DNA from: Octopus sinensis
Taxonomy: Eukaryota
Reading direction: 5' to 3'
Length of the DNA stretch: 64,000 bases
Assembly: GCF_006345805.1 (NCBI RefSeq)
Contig: NC_042998.1
Span: forward strand, 128,836,001-128,900,000
The notes beneath the pieces were generated by a model that was not told the origin of the DNA, did no database searches, and saw nothing but the letters and a program-made list of their open reading frames with translations. The first letter of the stretch is position 1, and every line of letters begins with the position of its first letter. Below are positions 25,059 to 39,913 of the stretch, piece by piece. The position numbers and the translations under genes were made by a program.

Positions 25059-25355
25059 GGTGCGGCACTTAGTGGTTAGGGTATTAGTCTCACGGTTCTG
25101 AGTTCGATTCCTGTTTGCGTGTTTCTCCTTTATTCCACATTGCTCCAGTCCACTCACCTGGCAAAAATAAGTTGTACCTGTGATTCAAAGGGCCAGCCTT
25201 ATCACATTCTATGTCACACTGAATCTCCCTGAGAACTATATTAAAGTTACATGTGTCTATGGAGTGCTCAACAACTTATATGATAATTTCATGAGCAGGC
25301 TGTTCAATTGATCAGATCAACTGGAACTCTCATCATTGTAACTGATGGAATGCCA
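25059..25355 (+). mobile_element. tRNA-derived SINE family G
   Basis: Head cttagtggttagggtatt...gagttcgattcc. Second copy at 56813-57135. Confidence 0.65.
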
Positions 25356-27578
25356 ATTACATTTCCAAAATCAAGAGATACATTGGTAATTGTATAAGTT
25401 ATATTATGAAATGTAAATGGATAAAGGCAGCATTTAGATTTAGGTCCCATCCTCAAGCTGTCCCTTTAGTAGATGTAAATATGCTATTATATAATCTTTC
25501 TGAAATCTGAAAAAGAAAGAAAAAAAATGGAAGGAAAAGCATTCCTGTCTGAAATATTTCAGATAAAAAGTATTACCAGCTGTATAGATATTTTAACTGT
25601 TAATGGGCTCTGTATGAATAAACATTTACATTTCCTTCTAGTTAAAACAATTCAGACTTTTATAAAAAAAAAACTATCCAATTCTTCCTCTTCTGTTTTG
25701 AGACTGATCAAACTTTGAATAGTTATATTAGTATGGACCATATTTAATTATTACTGCTTTTGAATGTTACTATAACAAACGTTTATTTCTTGTAGATTGT
25801 TGATAATAGGTATCATTATATTTCTGTATTTACTTAATTGGAGTCAAGTTGCTACATAGCTTGAAGCATTTACTCACATTTTAATACATGTATGGTTTTT
25901 AGTCTGCACTGAAGTAGTGCTGTATCCTGTTTGAATAAAGTATGTCAAGGTGCTGCTTTATGATTGATATGATGATATATGATATTGCATTGATGACTTA
26001 GTAATTTACTTTCCTGTCTTGTTAGAAATCATTCTTAATAACCTTAAAGTGGGCTGGAAAGTGGAAGAAAAAGTAGAGCAGCAAAAAGAATATTTTGTAG
26101 TATCTAGTTCATACCTTTACATTCTGAGCTCAAATCCTGCTGTTGGTTATATTTATTTCTTTATTGCCTACAGGGGGCTGAACATAGAGGGGATAAACAA
26201 GGACAGACAAAGGGAATAAGTCAATTACATCGACCCCAGTGTGTAACTGGTACTTATTTAATTGACCCTGTAAGGATGAAAGGCAAAGTTGACCTTGGTG
26301 GAGTTTGAACTCAGAATGTAATGGCAGACGAAATATCGCTCAGCATTTCGCCTGGCATGCTAACGTTTCTGCCAGCTCGCCACCCTATATTGCCATCCTT
26401 CCTTTTGGAGTCAATATAATAAGTGACTCTCTGTGGTCATGAATGACCATTGGATTGCAGCTAGAAAGTTACTCCCTGAGGCACAAGTCCAGGCAAGGTT
26501 GTTTATGGAAGACCAGCAGTCACCCATGCATACCAGCCTCCCCTCTCCATGCCTCCGATGTTATCCAAGGGAAAGGCAAAGGCTGATACAGCTTGGGACC
26601 AGTGATGTCGCAACTCGTTTCTATAGCTGAGTGAACTGGAGCAATATGAAATAAAGTGTCTTGCTCAAGAACACAACACAAAGTCCAGTCCAGAAATTAA
26701 ACTCACTACCTCACGACTGTGAGCCCGATGTTCTTACCACTGAGCCATTGGGGTTCATTTATATCCCTATGTCCTTTAGATTAAATAGAATTTTAACAGA
26801 AGGCTAAGATCTTGTGTTTTATGCCTGTTTTTTGCTTCATATTAGATACTGTAAAACCCCTGTTGTTTTTGTTATTTGTCCTTGAAATATCACTTCAATA
26901 AAGAAAGGATTATTGACTGAATTGTTTGAGCATTGGACAAAATACTTTTTTACAGTCTGCCAAGGTCAACCTTAGCTTTCGTCCTATACAGGATGTGGTT
27001 AGATAAAATAACACAATGTTCAAGTACTGTGTTTAGCTTAGTAGAATACTTATACTGTTAATGACTGGCTTTGTGTTCATGTTAAACATTATTCTTATTT
27101 TTACATATCTTTTATCTTTCACTTGTTTCAATCATTAGACTACGGCCATGCTGGGGCTCTGCACTGGAGAATTTTTGGTTAAATGAATTGACCCCAGTAC
27201 TTTTTTTTTTAAAGCCTTGTACTTGTTCTCTTGGTCTCTTTTGTTGAACTGTTAAGTTATGGGGATGTAAAAACACCAACACTGGTTGTCAAGTGGTGGT
27301 AACACACACACACACACATATTCTTTTATTCGTTTCAGTCATTTGACTGCAGCCATGTTGGAGCACCGCCTTTAGTTGAGCAAATTGACCCTATGACTTA
27401 TTCTTTCTAAGCCTAGTACTTATTCTATCGCTCTCTTTGGGCAAACTCCTCAGTTACGGGTACGTAAACATACCAGCATTGGTTGTCAAGCAATTTTGGG
27501 GGGGACAAACACAGACACAGAAACTTATACGTGTGTGTGTATATATATATATATATATTATATATATATAATATATAT

Positions 27579-27640
<62 letters not shown>

Positions 27641-27641
<1 letters not shown>

Positions 27642-29022
27642 CAGGTCATCCTATAAGTTCTATCAAAATTTTGAATAAAGAAAACAAGTGATCAAATGTT
27701 ATATTTAATTGAAATTTAATCATCAATGTACTTTCCCTGATTATCTATGACTTCCTTCCATCTATTTACAAGCTTTTTAATCCCATCAATGTAAAACTCT
27801 TTTGGTTTCAAAGCGAAGAACTCTGAAATGTCAGTTTTGTCCTCTTGCGGAAGTTATGTCCCCCAAATGATTTAGTAAACTCCGAAACATGGTAGTCTGA
27901 AGGAGCAAGGTTGAGAGAATAATGTGGATGAGGAATTTTCCATGCTGGTAGGTTTTTGATGGTACGGTTTAATGGCTGGATGCCCTTCCTATACCAAGCC
28001 TTTTGGTCACCTCTTATGATACATGGGGGACATGGCATTTATTCTAAAACCAAACTCTTCGATCTTCTGTGATGTGATCTTTGCAGTGTGGGGTCACACA
28101 TTGTCCTGATGAAACATCACTCCTTTTCGATTCACTAAAGCGGGGTTTTTTTTGCTTCAAAGCTTGGTTCAAATGCTCTAATTGCTGACAGTAGACTTGA
28201 GCATTGATTGTTGTATTAGGTTATAACAATTCAAAGTGAATTACTCCTTTGCAATCCCACCAGATAGAGAGAAGAACTTTTTTTTCCATGAAGTTCCCTT
28301 CTTGGTTGTGGTTGAGCTTTTTCCCTTTTACCAAGCCACTGTATATGATGTTTAACACTTCGATAGAAGTTCTGTTTTTCATCACTAGTCACAAGTCTAT
28401 CCAAAATGGGTGAAATGGGTTTGCGAGAATGGAGAGAAGAGCAGATCTCAACTAGGGATTTGCGGTTGCCTTTGGACAATTCATGAGGCATCCATTTCCA
28501 AGTTTAGGAACCTTTCCAAGTTGTTGAAGATGACGATGTACAGTTATATGGTTTGAACTAAGCTTTATTGCTGATTCTTCAACTGATAATGCAGGATTTT
28601 CTTCAAGTAATGCCTGAAGGAGCTTATCATCAAACTCAACTGGACGTCCCATTTGATCTTCATCTTCAAGGCTGAAATCTCAACTTCTGAATTTTGCAAG
28701 CCATCTTCTGCAAGTTCTTTCATTCAAGCATTCTTTCCCATAAACTGAGTGGATATTTTGAGTCGCTTTGGCTGCAGAGTTTCTTTTTTTGTACTCATAA
28801 AGCATTATGTGCCTTAAATGCTCTTTGGATTTTTCCATGTTAGAAAGGGTTTTAATCAAAGAAATTTTAATTCTATTATTCTGTAAAATAATATTTAATT
28901 AGTTTAAATGTACACAAATGCATAAAAATAATTTTAAATTTCATTAGACATTCTAAAATACTATTAAATTTCATTCAATTTTAAAAGAGGTAAGATCATA
29001 CAGAACTTATGGGATGACCTGA
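27641..29022 (-). mobile_element. Full-length degenerate mariner transposon (TIRs, TA target, transposase pseudogene)
   Basis: TIR tcaggtcatcctataagttct / agaacttatgggatgacctga. Minus-strand remnants: GRPVEFDDKLLQALLEENP, VHRHLQQLGKVPKLG, WMPHELS-like, LVTSDEK, FHQDNV*PHTAK, PHPHYSLNLAPSDYH. Confidence 0.9.
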
Positions 29023-29824
29023 TATATATATATATATATGCGATGAGCTTCTTTCAGTTTCTGTCTACCAATCCACTCGCAAGTATTTGGTTAGCCCAAG
29101 GTGCCATGGTGTGGGGATGAGCCTGGGACCATGCAGTTGGTAAGCAAGCTACCTACCAGAACCATGTGGTTATGACAACTTTTTTTCAGTTTGTCTATCA
29201 AATCCACTCATAAGGCTTTGGTTGAGGCTATAGTAGAAGACACTTGTCCAAGGTGCCATGCAGTGGGATTGAACCTAGAACCATGTGGTTGGGAAGTAAG
29301 CTTCTTACCACATAGCAATACCTGCACCTACATATGGCAGTTATTAAGATATTTAGAGTGTTGGAGAAAATATTTTGCAATATTTTTTTCTGGCTCTTTA
29401 TATTCTGAATTCAAATCCTACTTAGATCAACTTCACCTTTTATTCCTCTGGGGTTGATAAAGTATGAGGCTAGTACTAATGTTGGTGATATTGACTAACC
29501 TCACTTCTCTTCTCGTTAAAGATGCTGTGGATTGACAGAACTGTTGGAGCATTGCACAAAATGCTTTGCTGTATTCCTTCTTGTTCTTTGTAATCAGAAT
29601 TCAAACCTTGTTGATGTCAGCTTGACTTTTCCCCCCTCAGGGGTGGGGGTAGTGGTGGTTAATAAAGTGTCAGTCAAATACTAGGGTTGATGGTATCAAC
29701 TAACTTCTTTTCCTCAGAATTGATGGCCTTGTGTCTAAATTGGATACAACTGTTAGTGTTATAGTTGACAGAATCATTAGACTTATGGATAAATCTAAAT
29801 ACCCAGAATAAATTATTTACCTTA

Positions 29825-30480
29825 TCATCATCATTGTTGTTTAATGTCCGCTTTCCATGCTGGCATTGGTTGGATGGTTTGACTAAGGAGTGGCAAGCTA
29901 GGAGGTTGCACCAGGCTCCAATTTGATCTGGCAAGGTTTCTACAGCTGGATGGCCTTTCTAATGCCAACCACTCTGAGAGTGTAGTGAGTGCTTTTTATG
30001 TGCCACCGGCACAGAAGCCAGTCGGGCAGTACTGGCATCTACCATGCTCAAATGGTTCTTTTTATGTGCCTCTGGCATCGACCTCACTCATATGGTGCTT
30101 TTTACGTGCCACCGGCATGGGAACCAGTCCAACGACACTGGCATCGACCATGCTTGAAGGGTGCATTTTACATTCCACTGGCAACTGGCACAGGTGCGAG
30201 TCAGGTGCTACTGGCATCGGCCATGATAATGATTTTACTTGACTCAATGGTCTTCTCAAGCATAGCATATTGCCTGACAGTTGAAGGGTACTCTTAAATG
30301 GGCCAGTTATGTGACACTAGCATAGGCTACAGCTACGATCTCACTTGGCTTGCTGGGTCTTCTCAAGCACAGCATATCTTCAAGGGTCTCGGTCACTTGT
30401 CATTGCCTCTGTGAGGCCCAACATTTGAAAATTGTGCTTCACCACTTCATTCCAGGACAAGTTCATATCCTGCAAAGGCC
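29825..30480 (-). mobile_element. RTE-type LINE 3' fragment
   Basis: RT C-terminal end, 3'UTR and (GAT)n tail, homologous to 58702-59698. Confidence 0.75.
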
Positions 30481-33400
30481 AAAGTTGCTTTTCATTCTTC
30501 CAGAGTTGATAAAATAAACTACCAACCAAGTATTGGGCTGATTGAAATGACATCCTCTTTCAAAATTTGTAGCCTTTTGTCTATCTTAGAAATTATCATT
30601 AGTGTTATTATGATACTGGTGCCATGTAAAAAGCACCCAGTACACTCTGTAAAGTGGTTGGCATCAGGAAGGGTATTCCATTGTAGAAACCACACCAAAA
30701 CACAATTGGAGCCTGGTGCAGTTCTCTGGTTTGATCTCCTGAGAAACTGTCCAACCCAGCATGGAAAGTGAATGTTAAATGATTATTATTATTATTAATT
30801 GGGAGAGCAGCACACACCATCAAAGTGATGCTGGGTTACAGATATATGAAGTCCAATATACCCACCATGACTACTCATCTGATAAGGGTACTCCAGGCAC
30901 ATGCATCACAACTCTATGTGCATGATATGATGACATCATATTAAGATAAATAGTGCATGACCTTGCAGGTAGAGCTCAGTTTGTATTTTCTTCAGGTTGA
31001 GTAGCCTATCTGCTCAAAAGGTCCCTGAATAAGGGTTGTTTAAGGATGATGAACAAAATATCCATATCTCCAGGGGTGAATTAATCCCTCTCAACACATA
31101 GCTATGATAGTCCCTCTCTACTCCTGCTCATGATCAGTGACTAAGGAACATGCTCAGCTGGTTAATGTGAAGCAACTGACACGCAAATCTGCAGTATTGA
31201 GCAGGATATTTGCTCCATCTTTTACACATGTTGTGCAGCCCTTGATGGATTTCTAGGTTACTAATTTGCAGCATAACCTAACGGTAGTAACATCTCAAAT
31301 TCTACCTTATATTGAAAATATGGTAAAGAATGTGAATGTACAAAAATCTCATTGGTACAGATAGTGAAATTTGTTCTTTAATAAAATATCAATGAATTTT
31401 CTCTTTTTTTGACCTCAATATTTTAAACTATAATTTATTTACACTGGCAATCATTATTATCATTAGGAAATAATGAAAGAGATGCCAGCTTAATATAAAC
31501 TTTCAGGCTAAGACAAATAAAATTAGAATTGCAAAAAAAAAATTCAGTGTAAAGTGGGCAAGTAATATTTCATGTATATGTGTTTTATCACGTGGCCCTT
31601 TCTCACTTGGAAACGGTACTATGTGGCCCCCAGTTGATGAAAGGTTGCCCATCCCTGTTTTACACCAAGACAAAACATGTACATGATAACACTTCCAACC
31701 AGTTAAAATCAGAAGCCACAAGTGCTATTGCCTGGTATTGCATATCTATTATTATTATAGCAGTTGACTTTACTTTTCATCTTTTTGGGGTCAATAAGTA
31801 CCTGTTGAACATTGGGGTTGATATAATTGACTCATTTCTTCCCTCAAAATTGCTGCCCTTGTGGCAAAATTTGAAACCCTTATTATTATTGAGGTCAACT
31901 TTACCTTTCATCCATTTGAGGTTGATAAAATAAGTACCAGTCAAGCGAAGTAATTGATTACCTCCCTTCCCCAAAATTTCAGACCTTGTGCCTATGGTAA
32001 AAAGAATTATTATTATTAATTATTTTTTGTGGCTAAGTTGTTGGAAGAATACATAGTTTTTGTTCAAGGTATTGTATAACCAGCTCCGTTGAATTTCCCA
32101 TTGCTAATCTCTCAGTTATGAAAGCCTCTGTGTGGTTGCTATTGATAGCAGCCAAATCTCATTTAAATCCCACTGCTATTTTGAGAATACATTAGGCAAT
32201 GTAGTAGTCCCTGATATACATGAGGAGAAGATTTGTTTCTTTCTTTTCTTATCTGGTTTCATTTGTTGGGCTATGAGCCATGCTGTACCTCTACTTTCAA
32301 AGGTTTTTGTCTGTCATATATACACCTCAGTGCTTATTCCAGTCTGATATTTATTTTGCCAATGTTTATTTATCATATTTATTACATGTTTAAGTTATCT
32401 TCTGGTGTAAAGAGGTGCAACTCAATGCACTGTTGTATATTGCGATAAACAAACACATACACACACCCACACACACAAGCTGAAGTTAAGATCAGAGGCC
32501 ATTTTAGAAGACACTTGCATAGTGCTGTACTGTGGGATTGAACTAAGAATCATATGTTTGTGAAGTGATCTTAACCACTCAGCTATTCTTGAACTGGTTT
32601 GTTCCAAGCTGGAATTCCTTAATCACTGGTCTGCAAGATTGGGGCTGACCCGAAGCTAAACAATATTATTGAAGCCTCTATGTGGTCTTATATGATAAAA
32701 CATCCAAATCTTACTCAAGCCGCACTTTTGTCTTAAAAGAGGTTAAAATGCATTGGAAAGCGTAGTAGTCCATCATATTCAAGAGATGGAATGTATACAG
32801 CTAGAATTCCTTGTTTGCTCAAACAGTAACTAATTTGGACCTAAACAACAGCAATAATAACATGACAACCATCATCATCATCATCATTTAATGTCTGTTG
32901 TCCATGCTGGCATGGGTTGGATGGTTGACCAGGACTGGTAAGTTGAGGGGCTGCATCAGACTCCAGTTTGATTTGGCATGGTTTCTATGGCTGGATGCCC
33001 TTCCTAACACCAACCACTCCAAGACTGTAATGGGTGCTTTTCATGCCACCGGCATGGGTGCCGGTTGAGTGACACCAGTATCTGCCATGATTATGATTTT
33101 ATTGTAAGATTTGATCTCAGAACTGTGTGGTCTGTAGTTGAACATCTTAATTTTACAGATATTGTAAGGAACTAATTGACCAGTTTCTCATGATGTTGTT
33201 GAGTATTAGAAACAAATTATAAAATATTTACCATTTCTATTAACCCCAATCTTGAATATTGTCTTCAAGATTATATTATACACAATGTGTCCCTTTTCTG
33301 AAGATGGCAGTGTGTGGTGTTAGATTTGGCTGCTATTTTAAGCAAGTGAAGTCACCACATAGAGGCTTTCTTTGATTTATAGAACACTCTATAACTCAGT

Positions 33401-34919
33401 AATAAAAGTGGTGAATATTTTATAAACTTGCAAGTACTTACGAAAGAAGTGAGTAAATTCGATCCCAGCAATGCAAGCTAATAGGACACATATGCATTTT
33501 GCCCTGTCAAATGCTTTTCATCAGTAGTTTGATGGGTCAGAACTGACTTGGGGTCAAACAATAGCTATAATAACAACAAGCAGATTTCATATGCTGACAA
33601 ATTTCTAGGATGAATTTCTAGAAGTTAAAGTCAACTTTAACAAGATTTCAACTCAGAAAGCTGAAAGATGAAAATAAATATTGCCTGCCATCATTAATGT
33701 GGAGAGCTGTTTTGAAATTAGTTGTCAGTAGTCCAATTTATTAACCACAATGCCATTATGAGTTTTAACTCTTTTGTTACCATATTTCCATTGGTATATG
33801 CCACGTTTGTTTCAATTAATCTTGAAAATAATTTGAAATTTAGTAACATAACTTTCATTATTAAAACTGGTGTTTACAACATAAATAGACAAAAAATTTT
33901 GATGTAAGGTTTTAACTTAGATCACTTTAAAATGTGAAGTTTGTACTACAGAACCAAAGGCAGTCTCTGGTGGTTTAGAATCAAAAATGTTGAATCATGT
34001 TAGTGATATTTTTGGCTTCTTAAAGTGACATAGAAAACCATATTTATTGGAGAAAGACAAATAAGATTTCTTGTTATCTTTGCATTTCTCGTGTGACATA
34101 AATTAAGTGAAATGGCATCAATTGGGGATTGAAACTGAACCATGAATTTGGCTCACAGCTTGAACTGTTGTTTCAAGATCTTACAAATAGCTGAAGAAAT
34201 GGCTATGATAGTACAAATATTGTAATTGTAATAAAGTTTATTTCACATCATCATAGTGAGAGAAGTGTTTTTTTAACCCTAGTTTAGTCCTTATTATGCA
34301 GATGTGTGATCAAAGTCATCCCAGTTTTGAATATTCTGTCTTTTGTTCAAGATTATATTATACATAATGTGTTCCTTTTCTGAAGATAGCCATGTGTGAT
34401 GCCAAATTTGGCTGCTATTTTAAGCAAGTGAAGTCATCACATAAAGACTTCCTCTGAGTTAAAAGCACTCAGTTAACTCAGTTAATGGAAATGGTGAAGC
34501 ATTAGAAGTGAGGGCAATATTTCTGTTGTCCTTCAACATCCTGAGTTGAAATCCTGCTAAAATTGATTTTAACTTTTATCTCTTTGGAGATTCATTAAAA
34601 TATTAAATGTATTAAATGTATACATCCCCAGGTCATCTCTCTTCCAACAGCCTTATAATCAAGCATTCTACCCATACTATCCCTAGATAATCTATCTAGA
34701 GCTGCATTATCTAATGTGTCTAGTGTGTTTTATCTTCCTGTTTCTTAGGCATGTTTGTCTGGTTAAAAAGTTCTCTTTGTGATCATGTGGTTTCAGGTTC
34801 AGTCACACTTTGGGCAAGTGTCTTCTATAGCCCTAGGTTTACCAATGCCACCTAAGTGAATTTAGTAGACAGAAGCTGTGTGGAATCCTACTGCATATAT
34901 GTGTGTGTGTTTGTGTGTA

Positions 34920-35753
34920 CAGGGTACAGTGAATATATTGTCTAAATTATGCAAAAATGAAAATAATGCTGACATCTCATTTTAACAGATATATTTACTA
35001 AAATTACATAAAAATATCTTGAAATACTAAAGATTAAATTTATTCAATAAAATAGCCGTTGGCTTCAATCACAGCCTCCAAATGACTTCGGAATCTCCTG
35101 CAACTCTTCTGGTTGGTTTCCTTGTTTAAGTTGGTGAATGCTGCCATAATCCTTGCCTTCAGTTCATCTTTGGTGTTACAAGGAGTTTTGTTGGTCTCTT
35201 GTTCAACTGCGCCCCATACATGATAATCAAGGGGTTTACAGTCTGGGAAGTTAAGTGGTCAGATGTTAAGGATGATGTGGTCACAGAAATTGTCTGACAG
35301 CCATGACTGGGTTCTCCTGCTTGTGTGGCATGGTGCAGAGTCCTGTTGTCAGACATAGGATCTTCAGCAGTCACCCTCTTCACCCAGGACAGCACTACCT
35401 CCTCCAGGTATTTGATGTAGGCATCTATGTTGAGACTGAGTCCATGTGGGAAGATGAATGGAAGCATAACATCATCATCACTTGTGATCACTCCAAACAC
35501 CATAATGTTGACTGGATTATTGCTCTGTCTTCACTCTGAAGTGTTTATATTGGAGCTTCCGGCATGAATGCCAAGCAATACAGCATGTCATCTCCAAATT
35601 TCTAGCAGAATGAATTGTTTTCATGGTGCTGTTTTTCTCACAGACAGTGCACAACTGACCCTACTATACTATGTAGTTGACAACATAAAAAACAAACAAT
35701 GTGCATGCACGAAATTAGAAATATAAAATGATGACAATTTACCCATCACACTG
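34920..35753 (-). mobile_element. Internally deleted Tc1/mariner (maT/DD37D-like) element
   Basis: Imperfect TIRs cagggtacagtgaatatattgtc / gacaatttacccatcacactg. Frameshifted catalytic remnant MVFGVITSDDDVMLPFIFPHGLSLNIDAYIKYLEEVVLSWVKRV, then QQDSAP-like and PPNSPDCNPLDY-like motifs. Confidence 0.75.
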
Positions 35754-35788
<35 letters not shown>

Positions 35789-36298
35789 CTTTGTATTTGT
35801 TACCCTTTAATGACAACCATTGTTGGTTTGCTTGTGTCCTTGTAACCTAGTTGTCCAGCAAAAGAGACTGATAGAATAAGCACTGGTCTTAAAAAATAAG
35901 TTTCTGCAATCAATTTGTAAAACTGAACCCTTCAAAATGGTGTTCCAGTATGGCTGCTGTCCAATGACTGAAACAAGTAAGAAATCTAAGATGAAACAAG
36001 TAAGCAGCAAGTTAGAAATCAAAGAAGATAGGCTTGTGGAAAGGAATTTGATTGCAGGTTGGGCGACCGTATGGCGCACATTTAATTCAGAGGAGTGGAA
36101 ACTGGTGTCATAACAGTTGGAAAGAAATTGGGTCTTTTGATGTATTTCATTTTTCTCTTTCAAATTTGCAGCCTCTCACATTTCTCCTAAACAACATACT
36201 GAGTGGACTTGAAAGGGTTAAATATTGAAAAGCATGAAATTAGACAGTCCTAGAAAAGAAAACAATTACATGAACATTGGGAAGTAAAGAATTAGTGC

Positions 36299-36329
<31 letters not shown>

Positions 36330-36544
36330 TATATATATATACATACACACATACACACACACACACATACATACACACACACACATAAATGAAGTATTTT
36401 ATATCATTGTTTTAAAATATAAATGGTTTAATGTAGCCGTGAAAACAGTTAAATATTTTATAAATTGTTTCTAATGTGGCAGGAAAGAGGAAATCATAAA
36501 TTACATTAGGCTGGGCATTTTTGTATAGTGTTCAAATGACCTTT

Positions 36545-36885
36545 TATATTGTACCATTCATTATCATTATCATCATCATCATTACTATCACTGCCCTCAG
36601 CACCATGACCATTACCATCATCACCATCATCATCAATGCCATTACCACTGTTGTCTTTTCCCACTCATTCTCCTTCTTGTCATTATCATTGTTGTTGTTG
36701 TTTTTCAATGTTGTCTTTGTCATCATCTTTGTCACACCATTGTCATCAGTGCTGTCATTGTCATCATAATCATTATCATCGTTGTTGTCATTATAATCAT
36801 CATAATCATCGTTATTGCTATCATTGTCAGAATCATCGCTGTCATTGGCAGAATCATCGTTGTCATCATCATCACAACCACAATT
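36545..36885. repeat. Degenerate (CAT/CAA)n trinucleotide low-complexity tract
   Basis: Direct reading. A similar tract lies at 38630-38895. Confidence 0.85.
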
Positions 36886-37411
36886 GCTTTTCCTATTTGA
36901 TGTCCCAACTTAAATGAGGTCTCTTACCCCCCTCTCTCTCGTTTGGCATGTTTCATTGGTTTCTGGTTTCCCAATGTATGCATATGGTTGATACCAGTAC
37001 CCTGTCTTGCTTCATGGTTGTGTATCCAGCAACATCTTCCAATGTGTTCTTCAAGATGGACAGTAATTTGAAGGAGATTTGACTACAATTTCTACCAGGT
37101 TTTGCAACTGTACAGAAGTTCTCTAGTTGGCTTATATGTTTACTTGGAGAGTTGTGTCATGGCGTCGTTGTTTTCGTTGTTATGACTGTTGAGGCTATTG
37201 TTTAACCTCATGTCAGAACTATGATTAAAGGCATTCTAGGGATGACCACCCTGTTGCTTGAAGAGCTACATTAGACAATGTCTTCTTTCTTCAAGACAAC
37301 ATTGTGTGTGTGTCTGTGTTATTTGAGGGAGATTTAGTTACTGTTTTTAGCCTTTGTAATCCTCCTGCAGATGCAGTAGTTCTTAACCAAGGTCCACATG
37401 ATCCTGAGGGA

Positions 37412-37827
37412 TCTCTTTTATTCTTTTACTCTTTTACTTGATTCAGTCATGTGACTATGGCCATGCTGGGGCACCACCTTTTAGTCAAGCAAATTGACCC
37501 CAGGACTTGGTCTTTGTAAGCCTAGTACTTATTCTATCAGTCTCTTTTGCCGAACCGCTAAGTTACAGGGACATAAGCACACCACATTGGTTGTCAAACG
37601 ATGTTGGGTGGACAAACACAAACATGCAAACACATACATACAAACACATACATACACATATATATGATGGGCTTCTTTCAGTTTCTGTCTACCAAATCCA
37701 CTCACAAGGCTTTGGTCGGCTCGAGGCTACAGTAGAAGACACTTGCCCAAGGTACCACGCAGTAGGACTGAACCCAGAGCCATGTGGTTGGTAAGCAAGC
37801 TACTTACCATATAGCCACTCCTACGCC
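37412..37827 (-). mobile_element. SINE family A
   Basis: Full length, reverse orientation. Confidence 0.8.
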
Positions 37828-39865
37828 TGTATAAGATTTAGTTGTTAAAAATTCCGTGTAACAAATTGGTTATACTTCTACAGTATACAAAATAATTTGA
37901 CATTCTTTTTATACAATTCCTCATAATATTTAATGAAAATGCAAAAAGAATTTATTTTAACACCAAATGGCTCTGAAGTTCCAGTAGAATTAAATAAGAA
38001 TCAAAGGGGTCCAGAACTAGTGAGTAGAGGGGGTCAATGCCATCGTTTTCATCATTGTTGACCCTGTTGCCAGATCTTACCATTGCTGTTATTCTTGTTG
38101 CTCCTTGTGCTGCCTTTATTCTATTTGTTGTTACTGTTGTTTTTTTTGCCATTTTTATTGCAGTGTAATTGCATTCTAATATTTGATACTCCAAACCAAC
38201 ATCTGGTTTTCATTGCATGATGTGATTTTTCTCTGTATATGAGTGTTTATTTACATAAAATACTTTTGCGAACATGTAGGGCAAGAAACTGAACTGCTCG
38301 GTGCCTTATAATATTAGTTTGGTGGTATTTGACGATAACAGTGTAGGATATTGTCAAATTGTACTTGTAGAGTGTTTGACACAACATATACGTTGGGCAG
38401 CAAAATTGGTTGTTTTATTTGCAATGTGGGGAAATATGAGATTTTTTGTGTTTGTTTTTTAATAGTCTTGCTGTTAAGGATATTGAGTATGGTGGGTCTG
38501 TGTTAGTGTGGATTGATTTTAATGTCGTTTTTTTTTTAACCCCAGTCAGACTACATGGACTATATATATGCTCAGTCACCAATTAAGTGGCAAGTATTGG
38601 CAACATTTTAAAAACTTGTTCCTTGGCAATCATCATCACAATCATTACCATTACCGTCATATCATTATCTTCATCATCATCGTCATTAATCACCCATCAT
38701 AATCTTCATTGCTGTCATTGTTATTGTCAGCATCATTGTTAGTGTTGGCATTATCATCAGTATCATTGTTATTGTTATCATGAGAATCGCTGCCATTATT
38801 GCCATCAGTATCATCATCATCATCAATACCATCAATGTCTTCATCATCAGTGTTATTAAGATCATCATCATCATCAGCAACTCCATTGTTTTCATTGTCT
38901 ACATGTTGATAGAAAAATGGGGATGACTTCAGTGAGATTCAGATTCAGAATGTAGAGGAATGCAACTAAATACTGTAAACATAAAATGATGTTAATGGTG
39001 ACACATTTAATAAGTATACACTCACCACCACCACCATAATAATAATAATAATAATAATAATCATCATCATCGTTTAACGACTGCTTTCCATGCTAGCATG
39101 GGTTTGACGGTTTGACTGAGGACTAGCAAGCCAGTAGGCTGCACTAAGCTCCAATCTGGTCTGGCAAGGTTTCTACAGCTGGATGCCCTTCCTAATGCCA
39201 ACTACTCCAAGAGTGTAGTGGGTGCTTTTTACATGGGGGAATTGGCATTGACCACGTTCGGATGGTGCTTTTTACATGCCACTGGCACTGGAGTTAGTCA
39301 GGGGGAACTGGCAATAATAATAATACTTTTATTTATCACAAATGTGATGAATGAGATGTTAGAAAATGTGTAGGATTTTTACATTGAAATTGAATGTTTA
39401 AATATAAATATACATACTGTACACTTTCATTTTTGGAGGTGAGGATACAAAATTCATAATGCCCCTGCAACAGAACAGATAATCCAGAGCCTGGATTGTA
39501 TTGACTATTAAGAGTAAGTACTCTCTTCCAGCTGTCATTTTTTAATCTTCCAGATGTATAGTGAGAAATAGATTCATTCACTTGAACCATTTTTGCTAGC
39601 ACCACCCAATTTTCAACAAGTTTGCAAGGGGGTAAAACCTCTTTCTTCACCCTTATTGAGACTCTGCATCATAATAATCCTTTGTACTATAGGCTCAAGG
39701 CCTGAAATTTTTAAAGGTTGGGGCTGGTTGATTACTTTGGTCCCAATGCATAGCTAGTTCTTGTTTTATTGACCCTGAAAGAATGAAAGACGGTCAACCA
39801 TAGTAGAATTTGAACACAAAACCTGATGATGATGATGATGACGCTGCTGCTGCTGCCACCGCCGA

Positions 39866-39913
<48 letters not shown>

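Noticed and set aside
36521-38895. His/Met/Ile-rich ORFs
   Set aside because: Degenerate (CAT)n trinucleotide tracts.
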